From a virus (taxonomy: Duplodnaviria > Caudoviricetes), in the IMG/VR virus record IMGVR_UViG_3300019124_000001, positions 99,788 through 163,787 of that record: DNA of 64,000 bases, one strand, 5' to 3'. Shown here piece by piece: positions 49,001 to 58,403 of the stretch. Position numbers and translations under genes: made by a program. Numbering within the stretch: the first letter of the stretch is position 1; each line of letters begins with the position of its first letter. The notes below the pieces were generated by a model. The model did not search any database. It was not told where the DNA came from and was given only the letters and a program-made list of their open reading frames with translations.

Positions 49001-51845
49001 CTCGCACACGATTCAGGTATCTTGAATCCATTTCGGATGAAGTGCTATCCAATTCATCTTTCGCTTCTTTTGCTTCTTGTTCTTGTTTGCTTAGTTGAAT
49101 TTGTAATATAGTTCTAGCTCTTTCTTTTTCTGCATCACTAGCACTACGCATTGATTCTGCATAAGCCTTAGCTTTTTGGCTTGCTTCGTCTAAATTGTCG
49201 GCATTTTTCTTAAAAGCATCAGCAACAGTTGGGGCGATTCTTTCCAATTCTTGCATAACACTTTTTAACTCTTGCTGTTCTTGTGTTGTTTTTCCAACTT
49301 TTTCTGAAAGTTCTACATAACGGTCTGACAATTTTGTTACTTGATTCGCAACAGTTTCGTGTTCTTTCGCGCTATCAATCAATTTTTGCGCATCATCACT
49401 AACTGCCTGAGAACTTCCTATTAGAGCTGACGTGAGCAAAGAAACGCCAGTAGCGATTACGCCAATCCATCCAAACGACAATTGCAATCCTTTTGCCGCA
49501 ATACCCATAGCTCCCATAGAAGCGGTTACGCTATTAAATACTGCGCGAAGACCAATGAAAGTTCCAGCAAGAACAGGAACCCATACGTTCAATCCGTAGG
49601 TTGCTTCTGTCAATTTGGTAAAACCGTTCGCCATAACGGTTAAAGTTTTAACGATAGCACCAAATGCTTGCCCTAGTCCGTTTTCGCCAATGGTTACAGA
49701 CAATGCTTCCCATGCAGTCTTTAACTTACTAATCTCTGCTTCTAGCGACTTTTGATAACGAGCATTTTCCTGCATAGCAGAACCAGTCGAATGTAAAGCA
49801 GTATTAGTTGCCTCTGCTCCCATTTGCCAGTTCGTCATTAGTGCCAAGAATCTAGTCAATTGATATCTGCCAGCTAGAACTACGCCAAGCTGTTGTTGTT
49901 GGGTATTCGAAAGGTTATCCCATTTCGTAGCAAGTTCGCCCAATACGTCAGAAACTGACCTTGCTTCTCCGTTCAGTTTGTAGTATTCAATACCTACAGA
50001 TCGCAATGCAGAAACTTGATCGTCACCGCCAAGTCGGGAGTAGATTGTTTTTAAGCCGTTACCAACCACATTGCCACTCTCACGAGTCGCGGCAGAAATC
50101 GCCGTGATGTGTCCAATCAATTCGTCTAGCGTAACGCCATAAGTCTTTGCTGATGAACCAGCTTTATGGATACCTTCTGCCAAAGTTTTCGTTGTAACAG
50201 CAAAATTGTTGTCAACTTCATTTAATTTATCGACAATGGTGATCGAGTCTTTTGCCGCAATGTTAAATTGTATCATTGCAGACGTTAGATCACTCGCCGC
50301 TTGTTGTGCCGTCAAATCAGAAACGTTGGCGGCAACAATAGCTGTCCGTGTTACATCTCCCAATTGATACTGATTGAAACCTTGTTGAGCAAAGTCTGCC
50401 ATAGTCTTTTGAACATCCGACAGATCGCGTCCAAGTTGTCCTGCTAGGTCAATTGACTTTTCTAGCATTGCATCAAAGTCAGTTTCTTCGTCCATTACAC
50501 GCTTTAATTGCGTCATGTTCGCGTCTACTTCTATGATTGTTTGAATCATTTGTTCGAGAGCGTGTTTTGTACCATAAATCGCAGTAGTAGCAATTGCCCA
50601 TGTCGGAACCCTTTCAAGAGCAATTTTTAATTCTTCTAACATGCCAAGTTTTCCGCGTGGAGCATCTTTCATGTTTTGGTCAAATTCATACAAAGACCTA
50701 GTTGCTTTGTCGATACTGCCCGAAAGGACTACCATCTTTCCGTTTCCTTCGGCAACTCTTGTAGACCATTTATAAATTTCGTTTCCGTTTGCATCAATGA
50801 CGCGAGTCAAATTGATCATGTCTGCACTGATGCCCTTTAGTCGAGATTGATACTGACTTGCAATCAAGTCTTGCATTGCAGACTTATTATTGAAGATGCC
50901 TAGCGGAAGATCAGATTGAAGAACAGTCCCCATTCTGGACACTCGAAGATTTTCATTTTGGCGACTCATTTCGAGCTGATATTGCTGTTGCTCAGTCAAA
51001 CGCTTAATTCTTTCTGCTTCGCGTTGAGCGGCGCGTTCTTGTTCAATTTGTTGCTGACGGAATAATCGTTCCAACATCTCTTGATAACGTTGATGTTCGC
51101 GGGCTGTTTGTGCACGTTCGCGCTCGACAGCCAACAATTGACGCTGAAGTTCAATAATTTCCTTATAGTATGTTTTTGCGTATTTTAATTCTTCAAGATT
51201 TGTACTTCCGCGAACTACGCTTTCCAGATTATCAATTGTTTTTTGCGGAACCACACCGTTTGCACGTAGCTGTTGCACCTGTTGCAACATCTTATATTGT
51301 TCAAGGTTTACTCGATGCAACATCTTCTCTGCCTTATCGAGTTCACCAACATTTACGATTTGAAATGATCTACGAAGATCGCCTTGTGCATCTCTAATAT
51401 GGATCAATTCACCACGGAACTTGCGCATGTAACCGTTGGCTTCTTCTATTTTTATCGTAAATCCTTGTAGTTCGTTAGTTAGTGGATGCAGAGAAGTAGA
51501 AGAAGATACTCGTCCATCACCAAATTGCTTACGAAGTTGAGCTACCGCATGTCCAAGACTTTCGGCAGTACGAATTTGACCTTTAATATCTGCTTCGTCA
51601 AATACACGAATCCTATTAGAGACATTGCGACCAAATCCATTTTGCACGATTCGTTGTGCTTGCTGAATTTGTTTTAATACCTCGTTTAATTGCTTGCTAT
51701 CGAATTCGGCACGAATACGCAAGGGCTGGATTCTTTGTGCAATTAGACTAACTTGTGCGTTTAGATCGGTGATAGCATCTCTCGAAGTATCCAAACTGGC
51801 ACGAATTACAATATTAAGATCACGATTACCTCTACCAGTACCCAT
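46035..51845 (-). CDS. Tape measure protein (TP901-like core)
   Basis: 1936 aa helical; TRESG..VGNGLKTI..R core, C-terminal YHTGG. Confidence 0.93.
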   Translation of the reverse strand: MGTGRGNRDLNIVIRASLDTSRDAITDLNAQVSLIAQRIQPLRIRAEFDSKQLNEVLKQIQQAQRIVQNGFGRNVSNRIRVFDEADIKGQIRTAESLGHAVAQLRKQFGDGRVSSSTSLHPLTNELQGFTIKIEEANGYMRKFRGELIHIRDAQGDLRRSFQIVNVGELDKAEKMLHRVNLEQYKMLQQVQQLRANGVVPQKTIDNLESVVRGSTNLEELKYAKTYYKEIIELQRQLLAVERERAQTAREHQRYQEMLERLFRQQQIEQERAAQREAERIKRLTEQQQYQLEMSRQNENLRVSRMGTVLQSDLPLGIFNNKSAMQDLIASQYQSRLKGISADMINLTRVIDANGNEIYKWSTRVAEGNGKMVVLSGSIDKATRSLYEFDQNMKDAPRGKLGMLEELKIALERVPTWAIATTAIYGTKHALEQMIQTIIEVDANMTQLKRVMDEETDFDAMLEKSIDLAGQLGRDLSDVQKTMADFAQQGFNQYQLGDVTRTAIVAANVSDLTAQQAASDLTSAMIQFNIAAKDSITIVDKLNEVDNNFAVTTKTLAEGIHKAGSSAKTYGVTLDELIGHITAISAATRESGNVVGNGLKTIYSRLGGDDQVSALRSVGIEYYKLNGEARSVSDVLGELATKWDNLSNTQQQQLGVVLAGRYQLTRFLALMTNWQMGAEATNTALHSTGSAMQENARYQKSLEAEISKLKTAWEALSVTIGENGLGQAFGAIVKTLTVMANGFTKLTEATYGLNVWVPVLAGTFIGLRAVFNSVTASMGAMGIAAKGLQLSFGWIGVIATGVSLLTSALIGSSQAVSDDAQKLIDSAKEHETVANQVTKLSDRYVELSEKVGKTTQEQQELKSVMQELERIAPTVADAFKKNADNLDEASQKAKAYAESMRSASDAEKERARTILQIQLSKQEQEAKEAKDELDSTSSEMDSRYLNRVRELQKAYNTEDIQEIKQKVDAELKELSGKMIQGIKVSSQEIRAVEERKRWIREIESSFTDFNSKFGEKQQKYQEAQGAVDLTRKQLQAINDLTNANSQAEPVIRGANAALMEQGDVSNENASQLGANESRIADLASRYDELTDSLGTVNKLLNDSAQGKQISADEAMKLIMKEKELANAFTIESGQVKINQQAIEVWRNAKIKAFQDSIAAQNADLANSSSALMQKLKMYGVEIQAIQSVADAKTALAQMDARHASDLAKAKAGQDGYNFDYIDMDYLKTKSEVLDVMSYYQQIESLKGMAGVSLKQSGLSSSDLNPKESKGKSASGASIEPVDVYQMDVYKAKATELEGQLKRLDDRKQEMVNTSKEYRGVIDQEIAVMKQQQQNFHAEANHYRAQNKTYNDTLYNLRTLYKQDNETIRRANELAKKIEENNNKIAQLGNSYMDTARKIEQLDWDKQISYLDELHLNVTSVESSLQLLQKRVATMDKTSQDYRVGLQEAIAMYQTQQRAVHEEANAIRALMNSGTLSQEQTDQMKKRLNELQIAWWDYAGSIKKTQDELKGVLNTLADDVISAWKEYYQDLQKVEEEAFKKREQDERDRHEKELKRIDDEYKAFEDATNKKIRLLEDKANEEDFQDQLKKDQKEAQELQRQIDVLALDNSFEAKAKREELERQLAEKREEIQKNITKHNREQTKRQLEDDLDSMKKRTDKAKEEEDRRNKNEEDSIRKQLEASKKKYEELINDDRHWSEVRKQILDQNFKDIQENFGTMTQTLKDLSGIIGTSLSNNLIDKLNNAKKLMEEINKSDKKDSNGKELPPSWTDGVGTGYNPNWKSSQELYKRDKAARDKEIQRVKSVIEYRKKNKMDISEQEAYLRRLESYHTGGLVDGGSNGSGSSIMRAVNSLFNVKPNERIVKALKGELFAPEENVTKNFIPNIKNMLKSSSNAVAVEANKTFHLTIHIDNLNGTKKDADYLLGEIVKGTKKLGLNI

Positions 51846-51901
51846 AGTTAATTCACCCCTTTTAAAGATGCAAAGATCGCAGGGATGAGTTCCCTACGAT
51901 C

Positions 51902-52879
51902 TTAAATTTCAAACTTCTTATTCGATTCTTTTAACTTTTTGTTGTTACGCTTAATATAATGGTCTTGTGTAACTTGTGTGCCACTGTGATTCAGCAGAGC
52001 CGAAACCTCTTCCAAAGGCATACCCATTTGATATTTCAAATTACTTCCAGAATGTCGCAAATCGTGACAATGCAATTCTGGAATATTGATCATTGCACCA
52101 ATTTTCTTAATCCAACTACCCTGCAAAGTGCCTTTTTCGACCTTTTTCCATTCACCCTTGTACTTGGTGATAAAAAGATATTCCGATTCAATCTTTTCCT
52201 TTTTTCGATATGCAAGCCACTTTTTAATAAGTTCAAACGTATATTCAGAAGGGAATAGATCAACAGTTTTGCCTTCTTTTTCAAGTACCCCGTTAACTTC
52301 TTTCTCTTCAAAGTTGATTTGTTCAATGCGAATATTCGAAATTGCATTTGCACGCGCCATCGTAGATAGACCAAATTCGAAGAACAATTCTAGTTGTAAA
52401 TTTCCTTCCTTCTTCAAGCCACTACGAATCATTGCGATTTGTTCTTCTGTCAAATAAGTCTGTTTCACTTGCAATTTCTCGTCTTTTCGTACTTTAGGGC
52501 GTTCAATGTATTCCATTGGGTCTTCGGTCATTTTTCTCTTCTTACGTAGAAGTTTGAAGAAAGAAGATATACAACTTAAACGTCTTTGTATGCGTCTTTC
52601 GTTATTGCCCAAAGTATCTCGACAGAATGCTACAAACGCTTCGAGCATTTCAGAAATTTCTTCTGCATCAAATGACATTAAATCTTGATTGTCATACTCT
52701 TCCAATATGAATACTAACCACTGATTAAAATCTGATTCATATGAGTACTTCGTAGAGTCCGAAAGTGTCATCGCCTTTGAGTTAAAGTAATTTTTTATAT
52801 GACGTTTATTTTTAGGATTTACTTGATCCAGCTTTTCAGGAGTAGCGTAATGTACGTACTTTCGTTTATTTCCCGACAT
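51902..52879 (-). CDS. Tyrosine recombinase (XerC/D-like)
   Basis: R (TMAR), K (EKEGK), HDLRH, LNHS, QDHY catalytic residues all present. Confidence 0.92.
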   Translation of the reverse strand: MSGNKRKYVHYATPEKLDQVNPKNKRHIKNYFNSKAMTLSDSTKYSYESDFNQWLVFILEEYDNQDLMSFDAEEISEMLEAFVAFCRDTLGNNERRIQRRLSCISSFFKLLRKKRKMTEDPMEYIERPKVRKDEKLQVKQTYLTEEQIAMIRSGLKKEGNLQLELFFEFGLSTMARANAISNIRIEQINFEEKEVNGVLEKEGKTVDLFPSEYTFELIKKWLAYRKKEKIESEYLFITKYKGEWKKVEKGTLQGSWIKKIGAMINIPELHCHDLRHSGSNLKYQMGMPLEEVSALLNHSGTQVTQDHYIKRNNKKLKESNKKFEI

Positions 52880-52880
52880 C

Positions 52881-53381
52881 TTATGTCACCTCAACCTTAT
52901 AGCCCTGTGAACGAAGATAGTTTGCCAAGGACTTCACGTGTCGCCCACTACTTTGTAGTTCTTTGAAAGCGTTATCCATATATGGACGGGGTTTCGTCCA
53001 AAAGCCCTGACCGAAAATATGACCACTTGTACCGTCATTTACAGTCTGTGCAACATATTGACTATAGTCTTGCGGAGTATAGCTCTTAACTGCGCTGTGG
53101 TGTTGGTAATACGGTCTTCCAACCGCATGTATCATATCAGTATTATGGTCAATGACTACAACAGCTTCCTTACCTTCGATACTAGGTTCAAAATCTACAC
53201 TTTCGCGTAATTCTCTTGTACGTTGGTAAACACTTGGGTCGAATGAATAGACATCCTTATCCAAGCGTTCCTGCACCACTTTCTTTGCAACCTGACCGAC
53301 ACCCATCATGCCACGCTCCAAGTCGTTCAATAAATGTCTAGCCAGATCATCAAGATTATTAAATGTCGGCATTTTTATCAC
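52881..53381 (-). CDS. HK97 gp10-like neck/tail protein
   Basis: YQRT.ELR.S, PRPYM. Confidence 0.7.
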   Translation of the reverse strand: MIKMPTFNNLDDLARHLLNDLERGMMGVGQVAKKVVQERLDKDVYSFDPSVYQRTRELRESVDFEPSIEGKEAVVVIDHNTDMIHAVGRPYYQHHSAVKSYTPQDYSQYVAQTVNDGTSGHIFGQGFWTKPRPYMDNAFKELQSSGRHVKSLANYLRSQGYKVEVT

Positions 53382-53862
53382 CCTTATTCAAAAGTAACCT
53401 AGCCACTTCTTCGTTTTCGATGTCCAGTTTTGCCGCTTCGCGTTCAAATTCGTCGAGAGTGTCCAATGCCGACTGACCAAGATCAACTATGCGCTGACCG
53501 ATCTTATACATTTCATCTTCAGGCATTTCGTTGACGATCTTGTCAAATAACTTCAAGTCAAGCAACAAATTCATTACTTCCATTTGACCATCCAAATCAT
53601 TGGGAATATCTAGAGATGTAAAATACTTCATTGTCAAAAGTATTGCATATGGCGACAAGATTGTTTCCAGTTTTGCGCCATTTTTTCGAAATTTATCACC
53701 AGCATTGATCAGTTCGTATACCATTTGTTCAATTTTTGTATCACGGAAAATCGAATCAATTTCCAGTGTGAAACCATCAATGACTACCTTTCTCGTGCCC
53801 CCGAACAGCTTTTTGTCTTCTTTGCGAAGATTAGCAACTGTAAGTTTTGATTGTTTTGCCAT
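53359..53862 (-). CDS. Tail assembly chaperone-like protein
   Basis: AAGGAGG RBS, ATG 53862; between major tail and TMP. Confidence 0.6.
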   Translation of the reverse strand: MAKQSKLTVANLRKEDKKLFGGTRKVVIDGFTLEIDSIFRDTKIEQMVYELINAGDKFRKNGAKLETILSPYAILLTMKYFTSLDIPNDLDGQMEVMNLLLDLKLFDKIVNEMPEDEMYKIGQRIVDLGQSALDTLDEFEREAAKLDIENEEVARLLLNKGDKNADI

Positions 53863-53863
53863 T

Positions 53864-54025
53864 TTAGCTTTCCTCCTTTTGTACTTCGTAAACATAATCC
53901 CGTTGCAAACCACACTTATTGCAGGCCATTATTATTACTCTTAATCCGTCTTTTGTGGTGTGGTCATATACCTTGTCGCAGAAACAATGAACGTGACCAT
54001 CATTTCTAAATAAAAACTTGAACAA
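53864..54025 (-). CDS. 53-aa putative Zn-binding protein
   Basis: MFKFLFRNDGHVHCFCDKVYDHTTKDGLRVIIMACNKCGLQRDYVYEVQKEES; TTG start after palindromic site and purine-rich RBS. Confidence 0.6.
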   Translation of the reverse strand: MFKFLFRNDGHVHCFCDKVYDHTTKDGLRVIIMACNKCGLQRDYVYEVQKEES

Positions 54026-54041
54026 ATGAAGCCCTTCTTTC

Positions 54042-54065
54042 TAGATGAAAGTCACATTTTATCTA
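54042..54065 (-). repeat. Palindromic site (best consensus copy)
   Basis: - strand TAGATAAAA-TGTGAC-TTTCATCTA. Confidence 0.85.
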
Positions 54066-54082
54066 AGGTATAAATATAAAAA

Positions 54083-54120
54083 GAAAAAGGGGAAGAGATG
54101 CTGAATCTCTTCCCCTTTTT
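54083..54120 (-). terminator. Terminator after major tail gene
   Basis: AAAAAGGGGAAGAGAT-GCTGA-ATCTCTTCCCCTTTTT with long U tract on - strand. Confidence 0.85.
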
Positions 54121-54127
54121 CACCCCA

Positions 54128-54925
54128 TTACGCTTCAGGGTAGTGGATGAATTGAAGCAACTTCGAATTACCGTCTTTGAATAGCTCCAAGTTGAAGTCG
54201 AATACAGTTGGGTCGCCAGATGGGTTCAATTCTAGACTGAATTCTGGCATTAGCTTCGCCTTCGGAATGAAAACTTGGAACGGCTCGTCTTGACCTGTAC
54301 GTTCGTTTCGAATTACAGTGTCTCCGATCACTCGATAGTAGCCAGGGAAGTTTGTGGCATCCAAAGTAATTACCGAAGCTGTGTTCTGGCTCATGAATTG
54401 ATAGTAAACAATTGCTTTATGACCAGCATTAATTGCGTCAGTCGTCAACTTCGTTACTCCTCCTGAAGTAGACACCGTATACTCTGTTGCCGAAGCTACA
54501 CCACCACCGCCAGCGGCATTCGCATCAGTAATTTCGTCGTCATGCGATCTTCCGTTAGTTGTGCTATATACAGTAATAGTACCTGCAATAGCTTGCTTGG
54601 TAAGCGTCAAAACCCCTGCGTTGTCGAATGTCAACACTTCGCGCTTATAAATCGGAACCGCCACGCCAGTCTGAAGCGGATTTCCAGTTTGCATAGCAAG
54701 CGCTGTCGGATCAAGCAATGCGTTCTGAATAGTCAATTGAGCGGTTTTGTTGCTATCCCAAGCAAGAATTCGACCTGCACCTTCGCCACCAGTCGCATAC
54801 TTTACATCGGCTGTAGACTCAAAGTTGGTCATTTTTAGCGTGTCCAAATAAAGAACGGGCTTATTGGTAATAAGGTCAAAAAAGGTAAGGTTTGCCACCT
54901 CAAATACACCAAAACGTTCTGCCAT
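54128..54925 (-). CDS. Major tail protein
   Basis: FG..EVA, FPGYY...GDT..R...G.D, GDP.VF.F. Confidence 0.85.
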   Translation of the reverse strand: MAERFGVFEVANLTFFDLITNKPVLYLDTLKMTNFESTADVKYATGGEGAGRILAWDSNKTAQLTIQNALLDPTALAMQTGNPLQTGVAVPIYKREVLTFDNAGVLTLTKQAIAGTITVYSTTNGRSHDDEITDANAAGGGGVASATEYTVSTSGGVTKLTTDAINAGHKAIVYYQFMSQNTASVITLDATNFPGYYRVIGDTVIRNERTGQDEPFQVFIPKAKLMPEFSLELNPSGDPTVFDFNLELFKDGNSKLLQFIHYPEA

Positions 54926-54992
54926 GTTATAAACCTCCTAAATGGATAGTGATATATCAAAATGACCTTTCGGTCAATTTTGAGCAATACTT

Positions 54993-55754
54993 TTAAATTT
55001 GTGAAGACCAATGTTTTAGGTCAACTTTTGCACCATTGACGCTTGCGAGAATCCCAACTTCGTAACTCGAAATTTTCTCTAGTCTTTTGTACGCGTTATA
55101 AAATTGTGGAAGAGTTAGTGTCCATATGTCTAGCAACGTATAACTATTACTCTTTGCCGCAACAGCGCTAATGATATCTACAAATCGAATTTCGTCTGTG
55201 GACTTCTTCGTGTGTTTGTCAACAATCTCTCTGCCTTTATTGATTTTTTCAATGATCTCCTGTGCTTTGGCATTCGATGCCTTGTAAGTCGTATTTTTAA
55301 GGGAGCCATTCATACCACATTGCAGTTTGATTATTTCGACAATTTCAGCGAAATTCTTTTTGTCTATCAGTCTAACTTGGTCTATACTTTCTTCGATTCC
55401 ACCATAAACTAGACCGAAATCTGGTACATACGACAGATCGTTTGGGTCTTCACCAAGAAACCATGACAGGCCATTAACAAACAATTCCAATAATTCCTCA
55501 TTGTTCGAATGAACATAAATATCGTAAAGCGCGTACTCCTTTACGATTTCGGGGTCAACAGAAGAATCCAGTATATCCTTGATTTCTGCCGTAACAACCC
55601 CAAGATAAGAACTGAAATTTCGATACCCAATGTCTACAATACGGTTTAACGTTACAGGATGAACGACGAACTTGCCAACTTGGAACGCATCACCACGCAA
55701 TAGCTTTAAGTCAATATCTTCTTGCGATAGGTTTAGAAGAGACACTATTATCAC
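54993..55754 (-). CDS. Hypothetical tail/neck protein
   Basis: 253 aa in structural operon. Confidence 0.65.
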   Translation of the reverse strand: MIIVSLLNLSQEDIDLKLLRGDAFQVGKFVVHPVTLNRIVDIGYRNFSSYLGVVTAEIKDILDSSVDPEIVKEYALYDIYVHSNNEELLELFVNGLSWFLGEDPNDLSYVPDFGLVYGGIEESIDQVRLIDKKNFAEIVEIIKLQCGMNGSLKNTTYKASNAKAQEIIEKINKGREIVDKHTKKSTDEIRFVDIISAVAAKSNSYTLLDIWTLTLPQFYNAYKRLEKISSYEVGILASVNGAKVDLKHWSSQI

Positions 55755-56251
55755 CTACCGATTGTAAACATCTCTGCCTCAAGACGAATCAAATCAAACT
55801 GGTCATTAACATATAGATGTGTTGCTCTTTCGAATTTTAGCTTACCTACCGTACCAATCGTTTTTCCACGAAAGGTTCTAATAATCTCTTTCATTATCTC
55901 AATTGGTCGAATTACTGAAGAACCAGTATTTGCTAGCCACAATGTCCGTTTCGCGCACACTATGTCAAAATTTACCGTCACTCCTGCGATTGTTTCGTCT
56001 TCTGAGAAGTAGATAAGTGGAGTATATACGCGCAATTGTGTAGCATCTTCTGTTTGCAATTGAGCGTCAAAAGGATATGGAAAAACTCTGTCGAACATTA
56101 GAGAAATAGAATTTGTCACGTCAGGCTGTGCCAATGGGTTTAGATCGTCGTATTGGAGCCACTTTACCAAAATCTGATTATCCAATATTTCTTTTAAGAT
56201 AATCGTCAGATTTGGAGAAATGTAATTTACATTCATAGGATTCATCACCAC
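55751..56251 (-). CDS. Tail terminator-like protein
   Basis: Size and position in neck cluster. Confidence 0.55.
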   Translation of the reverse strand: MVMNPMNVNYISPNLTIILKEILDNQILVKWLQYDDLNPLAQPDVTNSISLMFDRVFPYPFDAQLQTEDATQLRVYTPLIYFSEDETIAGVTVNFDIVCAKRTLWLANTGSSVIRPIEIMKEIIRTFRGKTIGTVGKLKFERATHLYVNDQFDLIRLEAEMFTIGR

Positions 56252-56979
56252 AGATCGCCACCCCCGTTCGACATTTCGACATTACCCGTATGTGGTTGTG
56301 CCTTCTTATAAATCGCTGAATTATCAGCAATTTTACCTGCTAAATCATCTTTTTCGGTTTTTAAGGAATTACGGAGTATAATCTGAATTACACCATTGAA
56401 TGTGCTTTCATCTAAACCAGACACTTCGAATACTTGATTTCCAAAGATAAATCTTTGACTCGCTACAATCGAGAGAGTATAGGGATTCATTGACACAAAC
56501 ACAAACAAACCGTTGTCTAGAGAGTCGATTCCGTACTTATTATTATCAATGCGATAACGAATAAGATTTAAACTGCTTGCAACACAAGGGAATGACCTAA
56601 TAGTCCCATCTTTTTCTGCCCATTGAAGATTGTCGTTGCAAAGTTGGGCAGATGCCCTAGGCGCTAGTTGATCTTTGAAAACGTCAAATAACAGCCATTT
56701 TTGATCGTCAAACTCTAAAATGGAACCAGAAGACACATTCGTATTTGGTCTGAATAAGACATTTCTTTTTCGAGAACCCAAGCTATCTTTTGTCGCTTGA
56801 CTATCAAAAGTTACTCGAATATCGAGATCGACACCATTTAACTTTGCCTTTCTGTATGATGGCGCATTGGAGAACTGCTCGTTAATAAAGTCGCTTGTTG
56901 CCTGATTGTACGCATCAATCTCGTCAATACCACTAGCTTCTAAACGTTTTCTGTATTTGTCCAAGTATCCCACAAACAT
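56245..56979 (-). CDS. Head closure/neck protein
   Basis: Position; ATG 56979 with GGGG RBS. Confidence 0.6.
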   Translation of the reverse strand: MFVGYLDKYRKRLEASGIDEIDAYNQATSDFINEQFSNAPSYRKAKLNGVDLDIRVTFDSQATKDSLGSRKRNVLFRPNTNVSSGSILEFDDQKWLLFDVFKDQLAPRASAQLCNDNLQWAEKDGTIRSFPCVASSLNLIRYRIDNNKYGIDSLDNGLFVFVSMNPYTLSIVASQRFIFGNQVFEVSGLDESTFNGVIQIILRNSLKTEKDDLAGKIADNSAIYKKAQPHTGNVEMSNGGGDLW

Positions 56980-57311
56980 CACAACCCCTTTTGTTTGGTG
57001 GTTGTTTCGAGAATGCGTTTTGTTACGGTAATACACTTGAACACTTCGCGCTTAACAACTTCATTGCTTGCGTCAAAATTAAAACATTCATCCGACAATG
57101 CTTCAAAAGTTGCCAAAAGTGTAATATAGTCTGCATTTGCGTCCAACATTTCGAACACTTTGCCAAGACCTTTAAGTTCAAGAAGTAAGGAGTCTACATA
57201 TTTAGAGACTCCTTTATTCTTTTCTTCATACAAAGGGAGAATCTTATAGATTTTCTTGTTGGCTAGTACCGAAATGTAGTCGCGGAATGCTTTTTCGTCC
57301 ATCGACATCAT
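56979..57311 (-). CDS. Hypothetical protein
   Basis: KILPL.EE...VKREVFKCI. Confidence 0.65.
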   Translation of the reverse strand: MMSMDEKAFRDYISVLANKKIYKILPLYEEKNKGVSKYVDSLLLELKGLGKVFEMLDANADYITLLATFEALSDECFNFDASNEVVKREVFKCITVTKRILETTTKQKGL

Positions 57312-57736
57312 TTCAGATCACCTAAATTCCCTTTCGCATATGAATAGTCTACAATTAACTTACTTGCTTCCGACTTCATCTTGTCGTATAGATCGGAAAT
57401 CGCACTTAGATGGTTAGCTTGGGAATAAATTTTAAAATCCGCATCCGTCAACTGTTGGCGAATCAATTGCATCTTAACAATTTCTGGTTTCAAATATTCA
57501 ACGACCATCAAAGTCGCGATTACTTCCACCTCGAAATCTGTTAGAGTCTTATTGAACTGCTTTAAGGTGTCATCTCTATCACTAAGATCAATTTTAGACT
57601 TATAAAATTTCACAATTGATGATTTCATGAAACCTAACAGTTCTTCTTCGAGGTCTTCTTGCGACAACTTCAGAAAATTATAGTCGGTTACTTTCATAAG
57701 AAAGGAGTCGAATACCGCACTGTACGGCGTTGCCAT
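57308..57736 (-). CDS. Head-tail adaptor-like protein
   Basis: MATPYS.VFD.FL, DFK.YSQAN; GGAGG RBS. Confidence 0.65.
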   Translation of the reverse strand: MATPYSAVFDSFLMKVTDYNFLKLSQEDLEEELLGFMKSSIVKFYKSKIDLSDRDDTLKQFNKTLTDFEVEVIATLMVVEYLKPEIVKMQLIRQQLTDADFKIYSQANHLSAISDLYDKMKSEASKLIVDYSYAKGNLGDLK

Positions 57737-57758
57737 CGTTAGCAACCTCCTTTTCAAA

Positions 57759-58334
57759 TTACAATTCTAGCAAATCAAGAAGATCAATTGACAATTCGCG
57801 CTCTAGGGTTTTGATGGTCAAAACGTTTACAAGTTGGCGATTACGGACAAGCTCTGCCGCCTTGTCACCGATTAGCTTACGCGTTCCTTGCGGAGCTACG
57901 CGCAAGAATTGCTCAATTTCTTTGGGAGCCTTCATAAAGAATTGATCAAGCTCATCAGCAGGAACTAGCTTTTCGTAAACCGATTTCAGCCCAAGATTTT
58001 CAACTGCATCCTCATCCATGATTTCTACCCAAGGCTCATTGGTAAAGCGTGGTTGAGAAGACTTCATATTCATAACTTCTTGCCATTCCATGTATTGCAC
58101 GTCACCAAGTTTCTCCCATTCGGTGATCAAACCTGTACGCTTGGATACATAAATTAGTGATCCGCTAGTCAAATTCTTCAACGGAATCATTTCATTTAAA
58201 TCAATCTTTTTCTTTTCCTTCCGTTGTGGAGCTTGGTGAGATGCTTCCAATTCCGTTTCGGCAGTTGCCGCTTTTACTTCCTTCATTTCCGTTGCTACAA
58301 CTTCTTCTGTTGCTTTCGATTTTGATGTTGCCAT
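57759..58334 (-). CDS. Hypothetical protein downstream of capsid
   Basis: 191 aa, GGAGG RBS. Confidence 0.65.
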   Translation of the reverse strand: MATSKSKATEEVVATEMKEVKAATAETELEASHQAPQRKEKKKIDLNEMIPLKNLTSGSLIYVSKRTGLITEWEKLGDVQYMEWQEVMNMKSSQPRFTNEPWVEIMDEDAVENLGLKSVYEKLVPADELDQFFMKAPKEIEQFLRVAPQGTRKLIGDKAAELVRNRQLVNVLTIKTLERELSIDLLDLLEL

Positions 58335-58403
58335 TTATGTGACCTCCATTTATCCCTTATGATGTAATAAGATTAGGGGATAGAAAACTATCCCCGCAAT
58401 CAA

